The translations under genes were made by a program, and so were the position numbers. A stretch of DNA of 64,000 bases from Antechinus flavipes (taxonomy: Eukaryota): NCBI RefSeq assembly GCF_016432865.1, contig NC_067399.1, positions 20,336,001 to 20,400,000 on the forward strand. The letters run 5' to 3'. The notes under the pieces were generated by a model. It was not told the origin of the DNA, did no database searches, and worked only from the letters and a program-made list of their open reading frames with translations. Numbering within the stretch: the stretch's first letter is position 1; every line of letters begins with the position of its first letter. Positions 38,801 to 49,349 of the stretch are shown here, piece by piece.

Positions 38801-40439
38801 AATCCCTACTAACTTGTTTTTCAGTTTTCACAATAGTTTTTGTCAAATAATATGTTCTTACCCTGGGATTGTCAGCTTATCAAACAGTATTTTACTATGT
38901 TCATCTGCTTCTGTATTGCCTAACTAATCTATTCTATTGATTAACCTATGTCTTAACCAGGACCAAATTGTTTTGATAATTATAGCTTTGTAGCATAATT
39001 TGAAGCCTGGTACTATTAGGTCCCCCTTTTTCCTTTTTGTTTTTCATAGTTCTTTAATATTCTTGACCTTTGGTCTCACTAGTTAAGTTTTGCTTATTTT
39101 TTAGTTCCACAAATATCGACAAATAGTTGATACATTGTATCGACTCATGAGCTCAAGAGCAATTAATATTTCTCCAACTGTTTAAATCTGCATTTTTTTT
39201 TACATAAAGAGGGGTTTATAATTGTGTCCTTATAGTTCCTAAGGGTTTCTTGAAAATTAGACTTACAAGTACTTTTAAAATAGAATTTCTTTTTATTCTA
39301 TCTGTATTTTATTGTTAATATATATAAAAGCTAAATATACTGCAACTTTGCTAAAGTTAAGCTCTAATCATTTGCATAAATTATATTTTTCTAAAATCAT
39401 TTTTTCAATATTCTACATAATTTTGTAACTTTTCTTTCATTTTAATTAGAACAGGCTGAAATTTTATATTGAATTCATCTATTAATTTTTAAAACTCTAG
39501 TTTCTTTTATAATTCATTAATCTTTTCCTTCTGTGGTTGTTCAGTCATTTCTAACTCTTCATGACACTATGGACCAAACTGTCCATGAGGTTTTCTTTTG
39601 GCAAAGAAACTGCAATAATTCACTAATTTTTTCCTCCAGCGAATTAAAACAAACAGAAACCACACAGTTAATCTGAGACTAGATTTGAAGTAGGTTTTTT
39701 TTTTTTTTTTTTGCCTCCAGGCTCAGCTCTCTAATCAATGAGCCACCTAATTGCCTCCATCTTTTCCTTTAAAATTTAAATTACATTGTTAGGGCAAGAT
39801 ATATAAATGTTGACATATTGATACTCAATGGTTCCTTATAATTTCATTGTCATGTTTTTCTCTGTTAATGGATTTTTAATCTAAAGTTATCTTTTTATGA
39901 AATTATTTCAATTTTTATTGACTTATCTTCTTCCATTTTTGCTGATAATAGACCTCTCATTAGGGATGCCACCCTATTTTTCTTTAGTAAAATGTCCTTC
40001 ATCTCTATCATCTTCATTTCTTTTAGTGTTTATTATACTACCTTGTGCTAGATGTAATTTTTTTAGGACTCAGTTTATGTTTTGGCTCTTTTTTGTCTTC
40101 CCAGCACTTAATTCAGTGCTTGACACATAACAAATGCTTTTTGATTGGATTTCCTTTTGGTATCTTGTCTTCAAAGTGTTCAAATCTCTACAATATTTGT
40201 TAGTCAACTTGGGGGTTTCCTTTTTTCTTAATTTTTTGTTTCCATGTTTTGCTCTATTTTTGCCAACAATAAGTCAAAAAGTTTTTATTGAGTACTTACT
40301 ATAGCCCAGGAATTATGTTAAGCATTGATAATACAAAGAATTGTCTGCCCACATCGTGTGCCATAAAGGCAATCTGATTGACACAAGAAGTAAATCACCA
40401 AGTACAAACATACAGGATGAGAGGAACTATTCTCTTTTG

Positions 40440-40473
<34 letters not shown>

Positions 40474-43400
40474 GAAGGCTTACCCCTCTTTCACTTTATT
40501 CCTTTATTTACAGCATTTTTTATCTGTCCTTGGTTGAGAAGGAGGTAAGGGTTCTGATTAAGGTACTGAGTGGCTTCTAACTGCCATCTTGCCAAAGGGA
40601 TATTTTAGCTGGATTTTCCAAGAAGAAAACTGACTTTTATGGCAGTTAGATGTGAAATATTTAAATCTTTTAGACATTGATCTTATCTTTCAGGGTTGTT
40701 CTCCAAGAAAGAAGCACCTTCATTCTTCAGGAAGCCAAAGATAATCAGAGGCAGTATGATATTTCTGGCTGTGTTCTCCTTCCTTATGTTCCTCATTGTG
40801 TGTAAGTTTTCCTGCAGTCCCAAAGCATATTTCACACTGACCTTAATTTTTAGAATGCAGACCTCCTTTCCACCTCCAATGTACCTCAGGATAGACTTCT
40901 TTCTGGTTTTCTGGGCCCATGGGCAAACAAGGCTGTCCCCAGTTCCCAGACCCAACTCTAGTGCCTCAGGAAATTTGTATAATGCCCATCACCAGGAAAT
41001 CCAATATAGTCTCACAGGTCAGGTGGGCTTACCCCATGTCTATAGCAGCCAGGCTATGTCCCCATATTAACCCTTAACTCTTTAAGTGGAGCAGTTGTTT
41101 CTTTTCCCCTCTTGCCCCCAACTCTCTCCCACATTTCAGAGCTTTTAGGGTTCTAATGTTGTAAATATCAAGTTTGCAGAATCTGAGATCTCTAGAGTAG
41201 TAGATTCCAGAATCTAACTTAGTCAACAAGCATGTTATTCCATGCCCTATGCTAAGCATTGATGAGATAGAGGCAAAAATATTATCCCTACTTTCAAGAT
41301 CATATTTTAATAGATGAGATAAAATGAAAATAATAATAAAAGACATATATACCAGATATACTGTAGAAGGAAAGGAATAGAAGGAAAAGCTCTGGGGGCG
41401 GGCAGAAAAGAACTGGAGACATGGGGTTGTGCAACAATAACACCCAATGGCCATTATTGGAGTCAAAATTGGCGAGTAGCTGCCACACTGAGATTCAACA
41501 GGAGGAGTGACCTCTAGTCACCTTTAAATCACCAGAAGCCCTGGAGGTATTATCCGATCAGGTCAGTATATGGGCATGAAAACTGCGTCTGTGTGGCCTG
41601 TTAGCCTGGTGATTCAGTGGACACCATCCAACAGGATGGACAAAGTTTCAGGATCTGAGGAAAACAGCACATCTTCATTTATAGAAAAGGTCCTAAACCA
41701 TCCCAGATGCCTTCATACACCTGTCCTAGGCACTCTATATGACATTTGTAGTTTCTGTAGAGGCTCAGGTTCAGCACACAATCAGCTGTTTCAAAACAAT
41801 TGGCTTTGAAGATGTGGTACACTGTCACCAGGTGAAAGAAAAAGTATCTCAGTCACAACAACACTTATAAGTCACCTTTGGGAGTCTTAAGAATGAATTA
41901 AAAAGCATTAGTAAACATATACTATGTGTCGGGTTAAGGGCTGGGGACATAAACACAAGCAAGCAAAGCAGTTTCTTACCTCAAAGACATTATGTTCCAC
42001 TCACAAAGGTGAGAAAAGATAGAGGGATTGTATGCCATGTGTGGCCTGGCTTAAATGACTCCAGTAATGTAGGATCACCTGGATGTTGGGCACGAGGAGA
42101 TAAAGGCTCGCCTATCGAAGCCTGGGGTTCCAGGGGAAGAGTCCAACTTCTCTTGGTCGTTGTGATTCTTCCCAGCGGTGTCCCTTTTCCAACCTCATGA
42201 TCTTTTCCCACTTCCTCCAGATCCCCAAATGCTCAGCAAGGTAACAGACATTCAGACTTCCATCCAGACGCTGACTGAAATTTTGGAGACGGCTCGTCCT
42301 CAAGCCCAGATGATGAGTTCTCGTTTGGGAAATGTCAATGCTGAGATCCAGATGTTAAAAAAAGATCTCCAAAATGTCAGTTAGTCAACAAGCATGTTAT
42401 TCCATGCCCTATGCTAAGCATTGATGAGATAGAGGCAAAAATATTATCCCTACTTTCAAGATCATATTTTAATAGATGAGATAAAATGAAAATAATAATA
42501 AAAGACATATATACCAGATATACTGTAGAAGGAAAGGAATAGAAGGAAAAGCTCTGGGGGCGGGCAGAAAAGAACTGGAGACATGGGGTTGTGCAACAAT
42601 AACACCCAATGGCCATTATTGGAGTCAAAATTGGCGAGTAGCTGCCACACTGAGATTCAACAGGAGGAGTGACCTCTAGTCACCTTTAAATCACCAGAAG
42701 CCCTGGAGGTATTATCCGATCAGGTCAGTATATGGGCATGAAAACTGAGTCTGTGTGGCCTGTTAGCCTGGTGATTCAGTGGACACCATCCAACAGGGTG
42801 GACAAAGTTTCAGGATCTGAGGAAAACAGCACATCTTCATTTATAGAAAGGGTCCTAAACCATCCCAGATGCCCAAGGGTTACTCATACACCTGTCCTGG
42901 GCACTCTATATGACATTTGTAGTTTCTGTAGAGGCTCAGGTTCAGCACACAATCAGCTGTTTCAAAAGAATTGGCTTTGAAGATGTGGTACACTATCACC
43001 AGGTGAAAGAAAAAGTATCTCAGTCACAACAACACTTATAAGTCACCTTTGGGAGTCTTAAGAATGAATTAAAAAGCATTAGTAAACATATACTATGTAT
43101 GGGGCATGGAGTTAAGGGCCGGGGACATAAACACAAGCAAGCAAGGCAATTTCTTACCTCAAAGACATTATGTTCCACTCTCTAATGACAAAGGTGAGAA
43201 AAGAAAGGAGAGGGGTTGTACGCCATGTGTGGCCTGGCTTAAATGACCCCGGTAATGTAGGATCACCTGGATATTGGGCACGAGGAGATAAAGGCTCGCC
43301 TATCGAAGCCTGGGGTTCTAGGGGAAGAGTCCAACTTCTCTTGGTCATTGTGATTCTTCTCAGCGGTGTCCCTTTTTCCAACCTCATGATCTTTTCCCAC

Positions 43401-46400
43401 TTCCTCCAGATCCCCAAATGCTCAGCAAGGTAACAGACATTCAGACTTCCATCCAGACGCTGACTGAAATTTTGGAGACGGCTCGTCCTCAAGCCCAGAT
43501 GATGAGTTCTCGTTTGGGAAATGTCAATGCTGAGATCCAGATGTTAAAAAAAGATCTCCAAAATGTCAGTTCTGAGAGCCAAAGGGCAAACAGCAATCTA
43601 AAGAATGCCAGTGATGAGGTCCAAATATTAAAAAGGGGGCTGGAAAATGCCAATGTTCAGACCCAGATGGCAAACAGCAATCTGAAGAGTGCCAGTGATG
43701 AAATAAAAAAATTAAAGGAATCTTTGGAAAACACAAATGCTTTCCATTCTGAGGCCCAGAGGTTAAGTAGTGGTTTGGAGAAAGCAAATGGAGAAATACA
43801 GAAGATAATGGAAAGCCTGGTAAACACCAGTAGCCTAAAAGATGAAGTCCAAGGCTTAAGACAGCAACTGGAGAATCTCACAGCACAACAGCAGCAGCAA
43901 AGCCATCAGAGTGAGTAACAGTGACAACGGCTTTTATCACAGAGGGCTTCTGAGGGCCCATGCTTCTGGGCATAGGATTTAGAGATAACAGGGACCTTCT
44001 CTGAGATCATTCTCTCCTTTGCTGCACAGATTAGGAACCTGAGGCCAGATCTGCTATTCTGCCATTAAAGATTCATCCCTTTGGGTTAAACTCAAATGTC
44101 TTTGGGAGGTAGCTCATCCTACAGAGAAATGGCCAACACACTCAGCCATGAATCATAAGCCACATTTTTGTCATGGAAAAAAGCATCCCATCAATAGTTA
44201 TAGCAGGTGGACAGAGTTCAGAGACTCAGGTTCCAGGCCTAACTAGCTTGGATCTTGGGCAGATCACAATCTTTCTTACCTTACTCAGTTTCCTTACCTA
44301 CAAGACACAAATTCCAGCCCTGTTGACCTCCCCAGTGCTGAGAAACAAGTAAGGACACAGATTCAAAAGTCCCTTAGAAAATGTTTGAGATTTAGCCCCT
44401 TATCTCACCACGGCTCCACCCGGCCAATCGTGAGGCTGCCTAGGATGTCAGCCCTCAGGGAGGGTGGCAAAGCCAGTTTATGCCTTTTCAGAAGTTCCTA
44501 ATTCCCTTTATTATCCTGATCCTTCCGCTCCTAGATTCTCTTCTGCAACTAATCATCCAAGGCTGGTACTTCTACAAGGGGAAGGCATACTACTTTTCAG
44601 AGACCCAAAAGACTTGGGATGAGGCTGAGGAGTTCTGTGTGGCCCACAATTCTCATCTGGCCTCCGTGACCTCAGATGACGAACAGGTCTGTGTTCTCGC
44701 CAAGGACCCTAAAGAATAATGGTGACAGAATAGGGATTGGAGGGGAGGGGAAGAGGGTAAGAAACAGGATGGACAACCACTTGTGCCTTAGGAAATATGG
44801 TGACAGTCAAAGTAGGGAGACAAGACTCACTCAAATGAGGTAAAGGAATCAATTAATCAGAAACATGTAATGTTTCCAAAATCCAAGGCCCTTAGAATAC
44901 AAAATTAAAAGCAAAATGGTCCCTGACCTTGAGGAGCTTACATTAAGTTGGGGGAAATAATACATATCTAGGTAAAACAGAGTGATTTTAGTGAGAGAGA
45001 AAAAGACCGATGATAAAATGTCAAATGTTTTCCCCCACTTCAAATGAATTAGATGCTAAGGTTAACCTGGAAAAGAGCAAGGCATCTTAAATCCAGAGGA
45101 GAGGGAGAGCATTCCAGGTACCTGAGCAGTCAGTACCAAGGACAGAGACATCTCAGGTCCTAATTCATGCTGTCCTTCAATTGTTTTTGTGCCAAATTTA
45201 TTCACTCCTTGAGAGCCATAACTGTTTGATCCTAGGGTTTGATTATCCTAGTATCGCGAGAGCTTAATATTTTGGGGGCTCAAGTGAATTTATGATCCTA
45301 ATAGCGCTGCCATGGCTTGGGCATGTTATGTCATTATCTTATGAAAGACAAAGTATTACTATTCACTATGTAATCACAAGCAACAGAATTCATAATGGCA
45401 TTTCTCCTTTTCATGCTCTAAAGGACCTAAAGGATTTTTGGAAGAGGGGCATATTGTCTGTGCATGGGCAGTCACTCAGAGGAACAAATTATAGAGAACC
45501 AAGTTCTGTAATCAGCTTAGCCCAAGATGAAATGGGCAAGTGTGAATAGAGCTTGAGTTCTAGGAGTGAAGGGGAAATCAGGAAAGTATCATGGGAGGGA
45601 ACTGGAAAAAGAGCAAAGAAGCAAGAAAGATTGACAGAGACAGAGACAGAAAGGTGGGAAGTGCAGAGGGAAGGTGGGAGAGTGAGAAGAATGAATAGAT
45701 GAACAGACATTTCCTCCTTTTGTCTTTAGAGGCTACTCTTGGGCAATGGAAAATCTCACCCATTAGACACATATGCCCATGACAATCCCGTTCTCTGCTA
45801 ATTCTCCTCTGTAGGAATTTCTGAGTAAGAGGACAAATGGAGTATATCATTGGATTGGGCTGACTGACAAAGACACTGAAGGAACCTGGCACTGGGTGGA
45901 TGGGACTCCGTATAATGAGAACAAAGTGTAAGTGAGATGACTTTCCCTGCTCCAGAGCTTCCCAGTTTTTCCATCCCAAAGCCAGGTCAGGGAGATCTAA
46001 ATCCCAGAGTTGGAAGAGAGAGAGGCTATCTAGATCAACACAGGTTTGGACAAGAAGTCTTTATTAAGAAGCATTTATTAAGTGCCTACTACATGATGGC
46101 ACATATTAAGTGTCTACTAGGAGACAGGTAGGTGGCTCAGTAGATAAGAGAGCTAGGTCTGGGGTTAAGAAAACCTGAGTTCAAATCCAAATCAGACATT
46201 GGCTGTGGGACCCTGTCCAACTCATTCCAGTCTCTTTGCCCCAGTTTGCTCATCTATAAAATGAGCAGAAGAAAATGGCAAGCTACTCCGGTATCTTTAC
46301 CAAGAAAACTCCATGGACAGTGTGGTCCAAGGGGTCACAATGAGACACGATTGAACAGCAACAATATGTTGGACACTGTGCTAAGCAATGTAGATGCAAG

Positions 46401-47639
46401 GACAGAAATGAAAGTTCCTGCCCTTGAGGAGTTGATGTTCTAGAGGAAGAGAACACATGTAAACACTTGAACAGAAACAAAGCACATACAACACAATATG
46501 AATATGTACTAAGGCAGAGAGAGAAAGGCCTGGCCTTGTGCCTAGAAGGTGAAGGCCCTTTGTTGCTCCATCATGCCCAACTCATCCTGACCCCATTGGA
46601 GGGGTCTTCTTGGCAATGTACTGGCGTGGTTGGCCTCTCTAGCTGCCCAACAGTGAAGGCCCTTTGGACAGCAATTCACTGATAAATGCTGTCACTGGGG
46701 AGTAGCTCTGGATCCTCTCCAGGACTCAGTCTTCCAGAAGGCAGCCTTCAAAATGCTGGTTGGACAGGAAGGATTGAGGGTTTCAGCAGAACCACTTCAG
46801 GACAGGGAGTTGTTTCTAACCCTGGACTGCTGTTCTCTTTCTATAAAGTGCAGAAACTTTTCTATCAGTTATCATGTCAAATTTTGAGCTAGAAGGCACT
46901 TGAAGGATTATCTGGTCCAACCTCTTTATTCTACAGTGTAGGCAACTGAGGCCTGCTGCAAAGGCCTGCTGCAACCTCTTCCCCTTGTTGCCCAACTCTT
47001 CATGAAGCTTCCTCCCAATCCACAGTCATAACTGACCTTCCTCAAACCTCAAATAGTATTTTGTTGGGAAACTCTTGAGACATTCTTAAAAGAGGGCCAA
47101 AGTGGGAAAGGACCTGAAAGGTCACCTGCTCCTACTCCTCTTGTTATACAGATGAAGAGACAGAGGAAGGTCAGGCAGAGGCTAAAGGGAGAGCAGTATT
47201 CAGGGCAGTAACTTCCCCCTCACACCAGCTGTCTTTCTAACAGGCTCTATTATAGTTAATCATCGGCATTTGTTTAGCCTCAATGTGTGCGTCACCAAAA
47301 CAGTGAGGCAATGGGCTCAGAGATAAAGTGACTTGGCCAGGGTCTCATAGTAATGATCAGTTTGGGATTCGGCCCCAGGTCTTCCTGGTTTTGAGCTCAG
47401 CAGCCCAGCTTGATCCACTGTAGGAAAAGTGTCCACAAGGACATACAGATTACTCATGGCCTGGGGCTGTTCTTCTCAACAGGTTTTGGAATAACAACCA
47501 GCCGGACAACTGGCAGTATGGGAAGGGCCTGAGTGAGGACTGTGTCCACATTGAGGTGAAGTGGAATGACATGCTCTGTGACAAACCTTACCGCTGGATA
47601 TGTAAGAGGGTGACAGGCCTACCTGAGCAGCGCCCATAG
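35890..47639 (+). CDS. CLEC4F: Type II membrane C-type lectin of the CLEC4F (Kupffer cell receptor)/CD207 (langerin) family, 383 aa, with a QPD (Gal/GalNAc-type) CRD
   Basis: Exons 35890-36010 (..EAHFSAFSQRIFLWPR), 40694-40801 (TM MIFLAVFSFLMFLIV), 43410-43910 (coiled-coil neck), 44535-44686 (QGWYFYKGKAYYFSETQKTWDEAEEFC), 45815-45927 (WIGLTDKDTEGTWHWVDGTP), 47483-47639 (FWNNNQPDNWQYGKGLSEDCVHIEVKWNDMLCDKPYRWICKR); phases consistent; 1152 nt. The symbol is tentative: the CRD and neck are CLEC4F-like but the N-terminus is CD207-like. Confidence 0.88.
37016..37047. repeat. (CAG)n tract in lectin intron 1
   Basis: Tandem gca/cag units. Confidence 0.9.
37590..39100 (-). mobile_element. Antisense L1 (3'UTR and ORF2 C-terminal part) interrupted by a SINE at ~38460-38600
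   Basis: Reverse-complement L1 strings (cttagaattgttttaatttgcattt, catatcctttgacc); SINE end ccacctagctgcccc. Confidence 0.75.
41219..43569 (+). repeat. Tandem duplication: unit 1 41219-42380 (1162 bp), unit 2 42381-43569 (1189 bp), including the first 160 nt of lectin exon 3
   Basis: Duplicated ORFs in the track; TT microhomology at the junction; the exon-3 copy in unit 1 (42221-42380) runs into TAG at 42382-42384. Confidence 0.95.
46125..46360 (+). mobile_element. Marsupial CORE-SINE with RTE-type tail
   Basis: ggtaggtggctcagtagataagag head; gctcatctataaaatgag CORE; gtatctttaccaagaaaactccatggac tail. Confidence 0.75.
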
Positions 47640-48399
47640 CCTCCACCTGCCCCTATCCTGCCTTCACAGAGCCATGAAATATCTAGGGACGCTTCAGACT
47701 CTGCCTCTTCCATCCATACCTAGATCTCCTTCCTTCTCAGCACTAGACACTGGTCTGAATCCCCCATCCTCTGAGACCCTGCTCAAGCCTCTAGTGTCCT
47801 GGGGCAATTTCTAGGGTCATTTTGACCACATGGGACTCTCCCTGCGGCAAGCCTCAAGCTCTTGGTCAGCACCTCACATGGCTCCCTAAAGGAGACCAGG
47901 CCCAGCTCCACTTTAATCCCCAGCCATCTTCTTGAAGGCTTCCTCCTTACATAGGCGTCCAATTCTTTCCAGCTGTTATGAAACGTGGCTACTGAAAAAA
48001 GGATATCAAACTGCCCCCATAATGCTCTATTCACTATATATCTTTCCAAACTAAAGTCTCTTAACCTGGCCACCACTCCGTATTAGTGAGATTTCTCCTT
48101 GTCAGAATGTAGGACAGTCCGCTCTTTTGTATTCCCAGCTCTAAGCCCCGTGTTGGGCACATAGAACCCTTTAATAAATGCATTTCATTCTTTGATTTTG
48201 TAGCATTTATTAACAATCACAATATCTTCTCTGCTTAAAGACAATGGGACACAGTTTAAAAAACAACTATAAAATACCTGAATTCAAGTCTAGCCCAATT
48301 AAGTTGTATGACCTTGGGGCAAGCCATCTCATCACAATGAGCTTCAGGTTTCCCATCTGAATAACGGTATTTTAAAAGAGGAGTTATCGTCAGAAAAAA

Positions 48400-49200
48400 A
48401 GATAATAGTTTTGGCTTTTGAGTTTAAGAAGTCTAGAAGACATTTTGAGATATGTAAGAAGCAAGTGACTTATTACTTGAGACATGAGACTGGAGGTCAG
48501 CTGTGAGGTTAAGGAAAAGTAGATTTGAGAATCATCAGCAGAGATAATTAAGTTAAATTAATTAAATCCATGAGATTTGATGAGATGACCAAGGACAATA
48601 TTATCAGGAGAGCCTGGAGGTGGGACATGAAATGGTCAAACATCCAAAGAAGAGCCAAGCATGGATCAGACAGACAGAAGGAGACTTCAGTTATCCCAGA
48701 AACCTGGGGAGAAATATACAGAAGAGGGGGCAGAGAAGTGACCTCTTAGATTTGACCTTGAAGAGGTCATTAGCAACTTGAGTGGCAGTTTCAGCTGAAT
48801 TCGGTAAGAAGCCAGACTGTAGAGTTAACAAGAGGGGGAAAGAGGGAAGACGGCCTTCTCAAGGTTTACACAAAGGACGTATGGGGCGATTTCTAGGAGT
48901 GAGTTTTGTCTTTATTTGTCAGGATGGAGGAGATCCAGGCAGTAAGGTAGCAGCCAGTTAACAGCAAAGGGGTGAAGATTAATGAGTGGAAGAGGACAGA
49001 CAGTGATCTTTTAGACAAGATGGAAGGGATTGCTTATGCAAGGAGAATGGTCACCCTTCAAGTGAGGGCAGAAGGCATCCGGGCCACGTGGTCCCAGAGG
49101 GGATGAGAGGCGGCCTCTGCAAATGGTCTGTTCTTTTCAGTAAGATCTAAAAGATGGAGCCCTGTGCCAAACGTATGAAAAGATGTGGAAAAGCTGCTAG
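48400..49200 (-). mobile_element. L2 ORF2 remnant
   Basis: Antisense L2-like strings (gtagatttgagaatcatcagcagag, gtcattagcaacttg). Confidence 0.55.
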
Positions 49201-49349
49201 GGTAAAAGTGAGTTAAGTGGGGGAAGTACAAGGTGGAAGTGGGCAGGACTCATCTTCCTGAGCTCCAATCCAGCTCGGGGCCCGGCCCAAGTTATCTCAG
49301 TTTCTCCTTCTGTAAAATGAGCCGGAGAAGGGAAAGGTCAGTCACTATC

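Noticed and set aside
41480-41880. Non-repeat-looking, coding-like stretch inside the duplicated intron
   Set aside because: All frames I translated contain several stops and I could not recognise any family; a tBLASTx search would be needed to call a processed pseudogene.
42178-42384. First copy of lectin exon 3 as a separate gene
   Set aside because: A truncated 160-nt duplicate ending in TAG, with no own promoter, TM or CRD exons; treated as part of the tandem duplication.
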